NCBI GenBank assembly: GCA_033442325.1
Contig: JAWQFM010000011.1
Location: 953,975-1,017,974 of the forward strand
Reading direction: 5' to 3'
DNA from: Salpingoeca rosetta
Lineage: Eukaryota; Protista; Choanoflagellata
DNA length: 64,000 bases
Shown: one piece after another, positions 35,204 through 50,136 of the stretch
How positions within the stretch are numbered: position 1 is the stretch's first letter
Layout: every line of letters starts with the position of its first letter
Translations under genes and position numbers: made by a program
The notes under the pieces: model-generated
Database searches by the model: none
Seen by the model: only the letters and a program-made list of their open reading frames with translations
Told to the model about the DNA's origin: nothing

Positions 35204-36330
35204 GCACACACACGACTCCTCATGCACGACACACACACACACACACACACGACTCCGCATGCACGACACACGCCTAAACCTGCTCCCACGCCCCATCACC
35301 ATCACCATCACCGTCATTGCAGGCATCCACCACCTGATGGACTCTGTTGCGATGGACCGTGACCAGTGGCAGCTCGGTGTGTCCAAGGTCTTCATCAAGA
35401 ACCCCGAGTCGCTGTTCCTGCTGGAGGAGGTTCGCGAGCGCAAGTTTGACGCGTATGCGCGCAAGATCCAGACGACCTACCGCCGCTGGAAGGCCCAGCA
35501 GTACTACGAGGAGCTCAAGCAGAAGGTCGCTCGCGTGCCCTTGTTTCGTGTGTGTGTGTGTCTGTGTGCCTGCCTGTGTGTGTGCCTCTGTGCCTCTGTG
35601 TGTGCCTCTGTGTATGTGTGTGCCTGTCTGTCTGTGTGTGTGTCTGTGTTGATGTGTCACAAGTATCAATCGCCATTGCAAGCAGGCATTTCGTGCCTGA
35701 GTGTCGGTCATCCCTGTGCACTGCAAACACCCAGTTCCTCTTGCCTAGCACTGTTTTCACCTTAACACATCCCATGCATTCCTTCCAACACGTGGCACGA
35801 CAGGCGTCTGACATCCTGATGCACAAGAAGCAGCGGCGGTATGGCACCATCAACCGCAACTTTGTTGGCGATTACATTGGCTACGGCGACAACCCGTCAC
35901 TTCGCGCCCTCGGTACGTGCGATGATTGGTGACCTGTGTGATTGTGTGTGATAGTGTGTATACGTGCGTGTGTGTGCGCATGTGTATGCATGTATGCGTC
36001 CCCTCCAATCACAATATCACTGTTGTTGCCCAGGTGGTTGACCTTTGCCTGACGCTCACATTTCCTCACTTTATCACTTTGTTCCCTCCCCCCCCCCTGC
36101 CGCCGCAAACCCTTGGTTGCACAGTTGGCAAGAAGGAGCGCGTTGAGTTTGCGTACACGGTTGTCAAGTACGACCGCCGGTTCCGCCCGCAGAAGCGCGA
36201 CCTGCTGCTGACGGCCAAGGCCATCTACATCATTGGCCGCGAGAAGCAGAAGAAGGGCCCGAACAAGGGCGAGGTGCTCGAGGTTGTCAAGCGCCACATC
36301 GAAATGACAAACATCGGCAGCGTCTCCCTC

Positions 36331-36390
<60 letters not shown>

Positions 36391-37665
36391 ATGCTTGTTT
36401 GTTTCAAGTACGCGTGGTGTCAACCGTCAGCTTTTGACTTTTTGTGTGTGTTGTGTGGTACTTTGTGCCCATCATCATCGTCATCATCCATGCACCCTTC
36501 CGGCGACAGCATTGCATCACTTCCTTTCCACATTTCGCCCTATATTTTAAAACTGCTCCTCCTCCTCCTCCTCCTCCTCCTCCTCCTCCTCCTCCTCCTC
36601 CTCCTCCTCCTCCTTCTCCTCCTCTCAACAGCACCAAGCAGGACGATTTTGTGATTCTGCACGTGCCGTCCGAGTACGACACGCCCATGGAGATGGTGTT
36701 CAAGACAGAGTTCCTGACCCTGCTCGCCGAGAAGTACGAGGCTGCGACTGGGCGGAAGCTGCAGACGCACTTCAGCGACCGGCTCACCTTCCAGCTGAAG
36801 AAGGAGGGCTGGGGCGGCGGTGGCTCGCGCGAGATTGAGTTTATGGAAGGCCAGCACTGGCTGGTGAAGCCGAGTGGCAAGAAGCTCCTCGTCTACTCTC
36901 CCCGCGGTCTCCCCGCAGACTCAAGTGTGTCGCGCATGAGTGTGTGTCTGTGTGCGTGCGTGTGCGTGCGTGTGCGTGCGTGTGTGTTCTTGGGGTTGTG
37001 TTCTTGCCTGTGTGAAATTCCCTGTCGTTGTCGTACATGGCTCACCCATATGCTGATGCTGGCAACCCGTACCTCCTCTCGGCAACTTCATTTGCTTGCG
37101 TCTTGCAGCTCCCGGGTCGCACCACTTTGCCGGTCGCGGCGGCGGTGTGTCGCACATGCGCCAGCCGCAACAGCAACGGGCGCCCATGCAGCAGCGCCAA
37201 CCACAGCAGCAGCAGTACAACTACCAGCAGCAGCAGCAGCAACCACAGCAGGCTTACCAACAACCAGTGCAAGCTCAGGCCCAACGCAAGGGTGAGTTGA
37301 GTGGAAGGAACGTATGCGTTATTTGCACAACTTGCTCGAGCCGAACGTACCGTCTCGTCCGTTCTTGTCAATGTGTCTCGCCACCCACTCATGATGCCTT
37401 TTGTTGCGTCTGTCGTGTTTAATTGACACAACGTTGCAGTCAAGAAGAAGGCGCCACCACCACCGGGCAAGGGCCGGCGCAAGCCGCCACCACCAAAGCC
37501 GAAACTGCCACAGGCGCGGGTGCTGTACGATTACGACGCGCAGGACGCAGACGAGCTCACCATCCGCTTCAACGAAACTGTCTCCATCGTCCGCAAAGGT
37601 GTGTGCGTGTGTGGACGTTTGTGAAAGTTTGTGAATGTGAGAGAGAGAAAAATGTGTGTGTGTGA

Positions 37666-37697
<32 letters not shown>

Positions 37698-37909
37698 AAT
37701 TGTGTGAGTGTGAGTGAGAGTGAGAGTGAGAGACTGTGTGTGTGTATGTGTGTGTGTGTGTGTGTGTGAAGGCTGGCGGATGCGCTTGCTCACAGAACAA
37801 CCCACGGTTGCTTTGGGACGTAGATCCTTCTGGCTGGTGGCAGGGACGCCTGCGTGGAAAGGAGGGCCTGTTCCCGGGCAACTACGTGGAGGAGCTCTCC
37901 GAGGCATAA
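28982..37909 (+). CDS. MYO1E: Long-tailed class I myosin (MYO1E/F-like: motor, IQ, TH1, TH2, SH3), 27 exons
   Basis: ATG-only first coding exon (28982-28984, gtaagg donor), then PPHWQS...[82 protein letters not shown], a TH1 domain, and SH3 ([13 protein letters not shown]...[19 protein letters not shown]). All junctions were traced as GT-AG and in phase. Confidence 0.97.
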
Positions 37910-38621
37910 AATGCAGCATCTGTTTTGCCCCCCCCCCCAACTCCCCCAGTCATGCCACAGCACAAGCACCTACAGCATGCATGGGGCTGATGGTGGTGAT
38001 TGTTGTGCAAAGGCCTTGCCACGATCAGATACATGCACCGTTACCGCCACTTTTGTCTCGCTTCGTGCCCCTTGCTTGTTGTGCTTTTTTTCCCCTACGA
38101 CCTCATTTTCTGTTTGTCTGTTGCATGTTGTTCTTCTTGACGCTGTGCTGTTGCCAGTGCTGTGTATCTGCGCCATTCCTTTGGACATTCCGTGCCATTC
38201 TGCTTGTGTTGCTCTCTCCACCTCCCCGCCCCACCCCTCTTCAACAGCGGCTCCGCCTGAGTTTACATACGCACGCCATCGCCAGCCCGCACACTTTTGT
38301 GTGAGATTCAGCCCTTGTTTTTGTTCACTGCTCGAATAAACGCAAGTCACGAGAAGAAGACAGCTGCGCAAAACTCAACCACGATGATAACACGGAAGCA
38401 GCAGCAGCAATGGGGAACTGGGGAGGAGCAGCAGGGGCAACACCCAAAGCGCAGAGACGAAATCAACTGCATGTCGTGAAACGAACGCAAAGGAGAGTGA
38501 AGCTCAACCCCCATAGGACAGGGAAGGCGATGGATGAAAAGCATGAAGCGAGCGAGCAAACAAGGTAAAACAAGGCAGCGCAAGGCAGGGGTGTTGGCGC
38601 CATCCACGAATGCAAACGGAA

Positions 38622-39186
38622 TCATGCCCACTCACGCTGGTCATGACCACCAACATCGTCGTCGTCGTCGTCATCATCATCATCACCCAAGTCCTCCAGC
38701 AGCTCGTCGGCGGTCTGGTGCTCGATCTGGGCGTCTACCCTGCCCTGCGCTGGTCGCGACTTAGTGGACGAGGACGCCGCACTTGCGCCCCTGCGATCCA
38801 ATCGAAATCAAAATACACGTGAAGGTACTGAACAAGCATGCACGTGCGCAAACGCACCCTAAAGGACAGACAGAGAGAGACAGAGGGAGAGAGAGAGAGA
38901 GAGACGCACACGCACACGCCCACGCACACCTTGACAGACAGATGGACAACTCTACGACGGTGGTTGTTGCAGTGTGGGGAACATCAGGGCTTCGCATGGA
39001 GGTGTTCTCACCTTGCGTGTGCAAAGGGGTTCTTGCTTTTGGCAGGGGCGCGAGCTGGCGGTGACGAGGAAGGCCGAGTCGCGTGCGCAACCTCCATTGC
39101 ATGCGCAATGTACATGTTCACCTCATCCACATCATCTGCAGGATACCACAGGAAGAGAATGAAGCCTGAGACGAACACATGCATAG

Positions 39187-39254
<68 letters not shown>

Positions 39255-39772
39255 CACGTGGTTGATTTCGCTTTGTTGAGGTCAATCAGACATACCAATG
39301 GAGGGCGCGAGGAAGACATGTGCGACGTGCACATGTTTTCGCGGTGCGTAGGAGATGAACACGAGGTAAGCCGTTTGCTTCACCGCACAGGGGCGCGCCT
39401 GCAGCTGTTGTGGGAGCATGCCGCACTGGCAGCAAGCAAATCGCCCACAGGTGTTCATGTAAGGGAGCTCGCACGCGTGATGGCAGCGCAGACAGCAACA
39501 AAGGCTTCGAGGAGAGGTAGCAAGGAAGGAGAACTTGGAAGAAGGAAAAAGTGGGGGCCCAAGAAAAGCAAGAAAGCGAGACACCACACGCGCAAGCCAC
39601 TTTGAACAGACCTGAAAGCATGAGATGAGAGACATGCTGTACAGAGCGCCTTTCTTCTTGTCTGCCTCCTTCAACCCAATGCCGTCAACTTGAACTGTAA
39701 ACTTGAGCTTGCGCGAAATTCTTGTCCGATCCTGAGCGCGCACAAGCACGTGCGACACACGTGTAAGTATCC

Positions 39773-39810
<38 letters not shown>

Positions 39811-42800
39811 CGTTGCATATCGAGGGTGAATGGGCTTGCTTAGCCGACACAAGAAACCACATCTGAGCATCTCCATGCGTTGGTGCAATGCACAACGGGT
39901 GCATGGATGCATGGACAGCAGCGCACCACAACGGTCTTGAGGGCGGCAGTGATGACCGATGATCCCGTCGCCTTGAGAACTTTCTGCGATCCAATGTACT
40001 GATGATGGTGGGGGAAGCAAGGGGCCAGCGTGAGAATGTGCGTGTGTGTGCAGCTACTGTACGGTTTCTTTCTGTGTGCGTACATGTCCATGTCCTTTCA
40101 CGCTGTCAGTTCGTCTGTCTCTCTGTGGCCGAACACACCCACGTGATCAAGGGAGAAGACACACTGAACGATACACACACACACACACACACACACAAGC
40201 ATGCAAGTGCACATCGCTCGCTTACCTGCATGTCAAACGTGACGGGAAGCGAGAGGGTCTGCGAGCGGAAGGGCTGAGAGTTGTACGACGGCTGGTCGTG
40301 ACTTGGTGGCGCCTGAACGGGTTGAAGACCAGGGAAAGTGCGGTGTGACGGAACGCAAAGGCAGCTAATCAGAGGAACTCGCACACGGGCACGCGCGCGC
40401 CACTCACATACACACATACACATACAAGCACGAACAAGTGTTCAACCTCCAGTTCACTGAGCGAGAGGGCGACCGCGAGCTCCATCTGCTCCTGATCCGT
40501 CATCGCATCGAGATTGTGCGGTCGGCCGTCCAGCGGCGACGCGCGCAAATCCTGTTGTGAAACAGCCAAAGCATGGCGCATGTATGTATGCGTGAGTGTG
40601 AGTGCTCATACATATGCGTGAGTACGAGTTTGCAAATGAGCGTATCTTGTTTCAAGTGGCTGCACAGACGCGTGAAGTCGGCTGGGTGATGGCGCACAAA
40701 CCGCTCTGCTGTGTCGCACGAGCGCACAAACACAGTACAAGACCCGAACATCATCACCTCGTCCATGTCATCCTCATCCTCATCTCCCTGGTCGGTGGGT
40801 TCACGGCTGCGCCCCTCAGGAATCGCTTTCAACTGCTGCTGCTGCTGTTGCTTGTGGGTCGTGCGGGCCATGGCAATGAGGGCAGTCAGCATTTCGCGCA
40901 CAGCGGAGTAGAGGAAGCGAAACTGATCCACCGACTGCACCATGAAGTTTCGCTGCTCGCGCAGGCGGGAAATCACGTGGCGAATGTCTGCCAGATTGGT
41001 GTTGAAATGAGGGAGGGGTGTTGGCAGGCCAGAGGAGATTAAGAAAGGGGAAGAAGGGAGGAGAGGGATATGGAGACGTGGTGTGATGGTTGGTCAATCA
41101 CCAGCAATCGACACACCACACATCGTGGACAGCAAAGACAGCGCGCATTCTAGCAGGCAAACAACAAAAAGGAGAGCATGAGCATGAGCATGTGCACGTA
41201 CTGAGCGGCTCTTTCCCGTCAAGCGCCATCTCATACAGGATGTCCATGCAGATGAATGTTCCTGCGTGCGCCACGACAACAATGGCACATGCCACGTGAG
41301 GAGACCATGTGCAACGAGCACGCACGAAGTACATGTGTGTGTGCATGTGTGTGCTTGTGTGTGCTTGTACGCGGGTGTTTGTGGGCGTGATTACGCTTGT
41401 GATGCACATCAGTGAGGAGGTTGAGGAAAACACGCACCAGAACGGCCAACGCCGGCGCTGCAGTGAATGACAGCGGGACCGCGGGAGCGATGGCGCCGAA
41501 GCATGCCGTTGAATGTCTGAAACAAGTGACAGTCATGACATGGTGCAAGAGAATAAATATTGGGCGGGAACAAGTGAGGGGCGCAGAGAGCGGGAACAAG
41601 TGAGTGGCACGGAGCGTGAATGCACCTAGAGATTGCGTGTACACGCACGCGCGCAGAGCGTGAACGCACAGAGAACACACACACAAACACACATACAACT
41701 ACGACGTACAGAGTGGAGGTTAAGAAAAGCGGCCGGGTTGGAGGGGGCGCCGTGGTCCGGCCACGACGTCATTTGCAGCTGGGTCACCCGCCGCGTCTTC
41801 ACAGATGGCCAAGCAAACACGTGCACAGACAAGCGAGTTGGACAGTGCAATATGAATTGCAGCCAACCGTTGGTGAAAGACGAGAGCGCTCACCATGCAA
41901 TCCACACCAAAATACCAACGCAAACACCCACATACGCACACACGCAAACACCCACATACGCACACACACACGTACAACACAAGCACACACACACACACAC
42001 ACACACGCACGCACACACGCATGCATAAACAAACACGCATGCATACACAAACGCGCATGCATGCACACAATGCACGCACCTTCTCGTCGTTCTTGAGCTT
42101 GAATTCTCTTCGAGTGAAGTCGCGCCCAACAGACTCGGCAGTGAGTGATACTTGCACTTGCCCAAACACCTGCAACAAAACGCGGCAGTGCAAGTGATGG
42201 CACAGCGCGAGTGTGAGGAGCGAGGGCAGGTGTCAGCAAGCGAGGTTCTGCCACCGCAACAACCCCCCCCCCCCCCAATGCGCACATGCAAGCAATCGAG
42301 CACATCAGAAACTCCTGTGTGTGCATGTGTGAGCGCTCAAACCTGAACGCCGTCCTGTCGGCTGGGCCAATATTTGAAGCACTTGGGGCGGTTCTTCTCG
42401 ACCAGGCACGCGACCATCACAATCAGCGCAGAGTCCTGCTCCCACACCATCTGCCAGAAATCGCGTGCCGTGTTGGGAAGCGGGCTGCTCACGTGCGTGC
42501 AATGTACAAATCACGCACGTGGCACAAACAGCAGGGAATGGATGAGACGCAGCACTATGAATACACACGCGTTCACGCTGTAAGCGCAAGGACACAAGGC
42601 AGCTTGCGAACGAGAGCAGCGTGGTCCGGTGGTGCGTGCTGGCATGGGCGTACCCTTGGCATGCAATGTAGGCCCGGGGACGTTTGTAGCCGCTGATGAA
42701 ATTGGCGTTGATGTAATCCGAGTTGGCTTCGTTCATGGCCGCATCAACAGTCACGCGCGTGTGATCATACCTGTGTGTGTGCATGTGCATATGTGTGCAT

Positions 42801-44840
42801 GTGTGCAAGTGAGTGGCTGACTGCATGGCTGGATGGATCTGCCTGAGTGTAGAAAGGAGTTCTGCAAGTACAGATGGGAAGCCAATGAACATGTGTACAT
42901 CAGCAGAGTAGCATGGGGACCACAACACGATGATGGGTCGACATACGCGACAATATCGCCGTATCGGTTCTTGCGGACGTTCACACGCGCAGCTGACGCG
43001 CGCGCAGAGTGCTGTACACACGCACAGGTGTGTACCCCAGCAAGTAAGTCACAAAGAATGCGGGTGAACATTGTTGTGGCTGCAGATTGGAAGAGAGGAA
43101 GAGCCAAAGCGAGATGGACAGATGGAGCAAGATGCCGGCAGGACATGGGTGTGTGGCAGGGCAGCGAGCACACGGGCACGCGACACTCAGTCCTGGCACT
43201 CGACACTCGGTCCTCGTACTCACGTGGCGACCAATGTGGCGGAAGGACGCAAACACATGCGGGAACGTGTTGTCTGCAGAAGAACACAAACGGAGTGTGT
43301 GTAGGTTGTGGGACTTGAATGAATCCAAGACAGTCGAGAACAAGAAACCAATTCAGCAACAGCATGCACGCGGCAATTGACACAAATGCGCATCTGCAGC
43401 ATGTGAAGCAACACGTGGAAAATCAAAGGACCGATGGCATGGCATTGGACGTGGACGCATACTTGCAAGCATGTTCGATTCTTCCCGCTCGAGTGTCTTC
43501 AACTGGCCCTGCAAGTACGCAATGCGACTGAAGACAAGCACAAGAAGAACGCAGACGGCACGCATGTGAGTCACAGGCAGCAGCGTGCAACAAAGCACCA
43601 TGTGCAACGGCAGTCCCGTCCTCACGTCACGCTGACAGGCAACACAGGCGAACACCACACGAACCTGTCCTCAGCGTCATCGCCGGACTGCACCGCCACT
43701 TCCATCTCCGCTCGCTCCTCTCGCGTGATAACAGGGGGAGATTGCGCGTCACCACGCCCATTAGCACGTGCTGAGGCAGGACGCTGTGTCCGGTGCTGTC
43801 CTCCTGCCGACTGTCGTTCAGGCGGTGTCGGTCCGCTATACGACGCGGGGCGCTCATGCCGCACACGCTGTGGTTGCTGTTGCTGTTTTGGTTTTTGGTG
43901 GTGTTGGTGTTGGTGTTGTGTTTTCTGTTGTTGCTGCTGTCGTTGATGCTGTGTTGCCGTGTGTGTAGCGCGTCGCTGAAGTTGTGTGGCCGCAGGCAAG
44001 TGTTGGCCTCCCTGCTTCTGAGATGTTTGCTGCTGTGTTGTTTGCTGGTGATGACCACGACGCGGCGGCTGCGGGCGAGACGAAGCGCTGCGCCCGTGGA
44101 GAGACACGGTGGCAGAGCGCGCTGTATGGTTGCCTGCAGGCATCGTGAGCATGCCGCTGCTCCTCTGCAACTCTCCCAGCCCTACCCCTGACGATGTGTG
44201 TGTATGTGTGTGTGTGTGTGTGTGTGTACGCCAACGTCCTTGTTGCTATTGGCAGAGGCACAGGCAGATGTCATGCAAACATGAACGCCAAATGAAGCAA
44301 GAAACAGAGCCACGAGAATGTACGGCCACACCTGTGGAAAGGAGCTGTGCGAGGGCTTTGTGCCCTTTCGAAGCAGCGACTTGTGCCGGCGTGTGCTTCT
44401 TCTTGTCCTTCACGGCTACAAAACGACGTGAATGGAGAGGGGGGGTGGGAAGACATGCCACAGCAGTTACATCAGGTTCATGCGGGAACATGTGCATGTT
44501 GTGTGTCAGCAAGAACGGTGGCATCAGCAGCACCAGCACCAGCAGAATCAGCAGAACCCGACAGGTCAGTAGCACCGCCACCACCACTACCAGCAGAACC
44601 AACAGCAGGAAAGCAACGCACTCGCATCGGCGCCGGCGCGAAGAAGGATGTGCGCCATGTTGATGTCGCCACGGAGAGCAGCAAAGTGGAGCGCGGTGCG
44701 ACCTTGCTTGTCCGTCGCGTGCAGCGCCGCAGACGACGCAAGTGCTGCGTGTTTGAGCCCCAGTGTACAATAAGGAGGGGGTTCGCGTGATGGAGCAGAG
44801 GAGGAAGCAAGTATGAGAGACGGTAGGTGAGTGTGAGTTC

Positions 44841-44871
<31 letters not shown>

Positions 44872-45804
44872 TGTGTGTGTGTGTGTGAGTTCGTGTGTTT
44901 GTGTGCGTCTATGTGTGTGTATGTGTGTGTATGCTTGCGAGAGACGGGCAAAGGTACAGAAAGTGGTTGTGGTGATGGTGTCCAATTTGCATGCCCTGAA
45001 CCTCGACACCCCGGTGGCCGCCTGCAATGACACACCAAGCACGGCTGCGGCGTGGCGCTGTCCCTCCTTCGCTGCGAGATGCAGTGGTGTCAGCCCTGTC
45101 TTCTTTGGAGAAATAAGCAGGTTCGCACCAGCCTTCACCAGCACGGCAATCACCTGCTCCAGCCAAGCATTCCGGCCACAATCACCGTGAGCGCATCATG
45201 ACGCAGGGGGGGGGGGGTGATGAAGATAACAGCACCCTCAGACGCATTGCGTACACAATTCCCATATCCACTGCAGATCGCATGCATGCACGTGCACATG
45301 CACACGCACACACACACACACACGCACACACACGCACACACACACAAAAGCGTGTACACATTGCGCATGTGCACCTTCTGGTGTCCCTGAAATGCCGCGT
45401 ATGCGACTGGCGTGTATTCATCCGCATCCTGCGCATCCACATCCGCCTTGACGCGAACAAGGGCCTCGATAACAGCAATGTGTCCTGCATATGCAGCCAT
45501 GTGCAGCGCGCGACGGCCAGTGGTCCACGCGCGGTCAGGGCGGGCGCCGAGACGAAGCAGACCAACAACTGCACCCGCATGTCCATGCTTTGCGGCAAGG
45601 TGAAGAGGTGGCTGCAGCAGTTTGTGTGCGAGAGGGGGGGTTGTGAGAGGGGATGGGTTGGCAGAGTGAACCGTCGGTGGGGTGAAATCGGGCTGCACAA
45701 GACTGGCAAGAAGAAGAAGCTGATCACAGTAAGAGTTGGTGCCATATCATCAACAACACACACACTCTCTCACACACATACTCTCTCTCTCTCTCATACA
45801 CACA

Positions 45805-45852
<48 letters not shown>

Positions 45853-46044
45853 ATGGGGCTATTGGGGGAGCTGTCGCCATTAGGGCTGAGCCCTTCGTGG
45901 GCAAGCAAACGAATAATGTCTGCAAGGGGAAGTGCATGGAAAGGTTGGGTGTAAATCACATGCGTACGTGCATAGGTGCACTGTTGAGGCGGGCCGCCGC
46001 AGGACAAAGTGGGGTCGCATCACGTATATGCTCATGCTCTCGGC

Positions 46045-46143
<99 letters not shown>

Positions 46144-46698
46144 ACACACACGCACACACACACACACGCGCGCGCGCGCGCTCACGCACCTGCGTTGCCG
46201 GCGATTGCAGCCATGTGCATGGCAGTTGCACCGTTCTTGTCTTTCAAGGCCACATTCGTGCGACATTTCAACAGCGCGCGCACAGTTGCAATGCTGTCAC
46301 CTGGATGAGCGGAGAGATGTGGATGTACGTGAACACACTCACACACAAGCAAACGATTCCAGTTCAAGCGAGACAGTAGGCTGCATCGTAACAACGACCA
46401 CGAATATGCAACGTCGCCAACAATACGCACCTCGACGGCATGCATACATGAACGGCGTTGCACCCGTGGCATCCAGCCTATGAGTGTGTATGGCAAAGGC
46501 AAGGTTGGGTGGCCGCATGAGGCAGTGCGGGAGAGCAAACACAAACACACATCAGCACGTGCAGGTTGAACGAGATCGTGGGGCCAATGTGCACGCAGTC
46601 GCACAACACGCGTGCAAGAAGTCCAAATGGAAGCGCTCGCGCATCCAACAAGTAACAAAACTCAATGAACGAACACACACACACACACATTCACTCAC

Positions 46699-46737
<39 letters not shown>

Positions 46738-47625
46738 GCTTACTTGTCAACCAGGGCGCCATGGCGGAGAAGAAGGCCGATGATGACAGGAGCTGCAACT
46801 TTTCCGGAAGCAGCCACGCAGTGCAGAGGCGTGTACTTGTACTTCTTGGTCACGGCATTCACAGATGAAATGATCTGCCCATATCACATGGCACACAAGA
46901 ACGCCAGCAGACGTGAGACCAATATGGCACATGGGCGCAGTGCATGTGCCTGTGAAATGCAAACAAGAATGGTCGTCGCACATCGTCAAACAAACAAACA
47001 TACACACACACATACACATATAAACACGCAAACACAGAGACACCAGCACAAAACAACGCACAACGCAAGGCACCGACGCAAACCGTGAAAGGGCACAGCA
47101 GTGCGACACACCAACCTCTGGCTTTGACAGAAGAAGCTTGACCACCTCCAGATGGCATCCGTTGCATGCGCAGTGCAAAGGCGTCTGTCCTTTCGTTGGG
47201 TTCTTCAGATTAACGTCGCCACCAAAATCCAAGATGACTTTGGCCACCTAGAGGAAGGCGAGCATCGGTTGCGGGGCTTACTTGTGAGTTCTTGCTGTGA
47301 GACAACAGCCTCGCGTGGTTGAAAGAACAGGAAACTAGGACAGCATCCCTTCTGTCTGCTCCCCCAGGAACAAGGAATCACAGCAAGCAGGGCGGATGAC
47401 GCAGGACACAACACGAGCCACAAAACAACGCACAGACAGATCAATTTGAGAGAACGTTTAGCACTCAGCACATACATCCTTGTGTCCATTTGTTGTGGCG
47501 TAGTGGATTGGGGCGTAGCCCATGGAATCAAAGGCGTTCACAACGCGACGATCGGCCGTATACCGCAGGATCCTCTCCACCTCCACAACATCACCCCCTT
47601 CTGCCGCACACACAAGCTCCTCCAT
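38622..47625 (-). CDS. Non-receptor protein tyrosine phosphatase with N-terminal ankyrin repeats, UIM and C-terminal PTB-like domain
   Basis: About 10 ankyrin repeats (GYAPIHYA, GQTPLHCAC, YTPLHCVA, GATAMHMAA, PPLHLAAK, GLTPLHLAAK, GRTALHFAA). PTP motifs KNRYGDI, DYINANFI, YIACQGP, DFWQMVWEQ, KCFKYWP, WPDHGAP, IHCSAGVGRSGTF and QRNFMVQSVDQFRFLY. Then DQEQMELAVALSLSE, then FDMQ/YIGSQKV...HVHVAHVF, and an acidic tail. The most 3' exon junctions are less certain. Confidence 0.9.
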
Positions 47626-49178
47626 GCCTCCCGCAGCAAGGTTTGCGCTTGATCAGTGGGGTTTGCGCTGATTGGTGAAGGTGGTGTTTGTGTTTTCCTG
47701 CCACTGCGCAATCGGCTGAATTCAGTTTGCTCGGCTGTGGCGCCAAATTCAAACGCGCCACCTGTTCTCGTGTCTGCTCTTGTTGGTTCTTTGGTTGGCT
47801 CTGGCTGGTTGGGGCACGCAGCCACGCAGCACAATAACACTCAGCAGACTAGCACGCAGTGCATAAGCATGCAGGACACAAGAGACGAGAAGACATGAGA
47901 GGTGTTCAGTTCGTGTTGTCTTGGCGCCATTTTCGTCTGCTCTCTGACGGCCTCAAAACAAGCACAGCACGCGGCACACAAAAGAGCACCTCAGCACACG
48001 AGAGCGCACAACAGAACACTGCACGCAGCGCACTAGAGCACAGCAGAGAACAACACAACACAGCACAGCAGAGAACAACACAACACAGCACAGCACAGCA
48101 CAGCATAGCATAGCACAACACCACAGCGCCACCGCACTGAGCACAGACTTGCAGTGTTGTTTTGGCGCCAACCGCAGCATCTTGAGTCTGTCTATGTTCA
48201 TGGCAAAGCAAGCACAGCACCGGATCGTGTCGATACTCGAGTACTCTGCACTTGTTTCCACTGTTCACACGCGCTCTTCCCCACAATGGCAGACCCTCCT
48301 TGTTGACTGGCCCTTGTCGATGAAGAAACGGACGGGACGCGCGACCCGAATGGAGCCGAAAAGAGGAGCCACTGGACCAACAGATCTTCGACCTCTTCCC
48401 CTGCATGATGAGGCGACGGCAATATCTGCTCAGCCCAAACTTCTCTGCCGCTTCCACACAACGGACGAACGTCAGGACGCGCAATGGACGAGAGCTCGCA
48501 TGTGATTGCCTGATTTCGCTTCACATCAGTCAGCCCCTTTGCTTCCCTCGTGCAACTGAATGAAGGCAAGTTTCCAGTCACCCTGACCACGCCTGCCGCC
48601 GCTCGATCCAGCACGCTCACAGCAGTGACACAGCAGTTGACACGACATCCCCCTCCATCCTCGTCATCAACACATCACACACACACACACATCACACACA
48701 CACGCGCGCGCGCATGTGCAGATTCAGAGTTGCCAGAATACTGGGAGTGCCAACGGAGCAGAAGAACGTGTACTGGTGTTGTGCATGACACAGGAACGGC
48801 AAGCAACCAAGTAACCAAGAAGAAAGCAGTCGACTCGGATCAGGAAGCACAGACCAAGCAGCGGCAGAGCACGCACAACGCACAGCTGACAACAGTGATT
48901 GAGCAAAGATACGCATACGACACACGACACGACACACGACACGACACACACACAGATGCATGTGGGCGAGCAGCAACGCCGAATGGATAACGCGGGAGAC
49001 TTGTGGCACCGGAGATGGACGTGCAGCACGCTCAAGCCGCAGGAACCACCCAGCAAAGGAAGACAGCAAGGTAAGCGCGTATGGTCTGTGGGCGTAGTGG
49101 GTCGATGCGTGGAGGCACGAAAGCACTGGCAACACGTGGCCATGAGGCAAGGGCAGAAGAAGGCTGATCGCCACCCTG

Positions 49179-49670
49179 CCAAGACAACAGCAGCGACAAC
49201 AGCGACAACAGCAAAGGAGGCAAGGCGCAAGCACCGTGAGCTTGCGACAAACACGACGCCAGCAAGCGTCGCACAAATAGGCATCCAAGAACACCCAACA
49301 ACACGAGCACCACATATGCACACACACACACACTCACGCTCATGCTTATACACAACACTCACACACATACACACACTCACACTCACACGCACACACAACA
49401 GGGTCACCACCTTCCACGTTGCGTCCAAGACAACAGCAGCGACAACAGCGACAACAGCAAAGGAGGCAAGGCGCAAGCACCGTGAGCTTGCGACAAACAC
49501 GACGCCAGCAAGCGTCGCACAAATAGGCATCCAAGAACACCCAACAACACGAGCACCACATATGCACACACACACACACTCACGCTCATGCTTATACACA
49601 ACACTCACACACATACACACACTCACACTCACACGCACACACAACAGGGTCACCACCTTCCACGTTGCGT
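49179..49670. repeat. 246-bp tandem duplication (49179-49424, 49425-49670)
   Basis: Both units run ccaagacaacagcagcgac...cttccacgttgcgt and give identical 82-aa translations in the ORF track. Confidence 0.95.
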
Positions 49671-50136
49671 CTGGCATTCGACAGACCATTCCGCGCCACT
49701 GCCAACAGAACAGCAAAGGCAAAACACACAACCAGTGGCACTGGCATGTGAGCAATACACCACAGCTTTCATCGCAAAGCTCCCAGCGGACAAAGCATGA
49801 CCACCACCGCCACGCACAGCAAGCAGCGACGCCCCGCCCCCCGTCTCCCCGCACAAAAATAACAAAATAATACACACAAAGCAAAAAGATGTGGTAGATC
49901 AAAAAGAACGATCTAAGCTTCGCCAATGCGTACTTCCACGCCAAATATTTTCAGCAGGCGAAGCAATCACCAACACAAATGCACACAGCACAACAGCAGC
50001 GCACACCACACAACGCAGCACAGTCAAGGCAACTCACTTTGCTTCAACGCCACCCAACCAACTCCAACGCTACCACTCAACGCCACCCAATACACACACC
50101 TCTGTACGTCTGTGAAGAGCCGCCAAAGCCAGCACC

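Noticed and set aside
48200-48800. Chromodomain-like words (HRIVSILE...LLVDW...MEPK; FRVARILG)
   Set aside because: Key aromatic residues are missing and the frames are interrupted; too weak to call.
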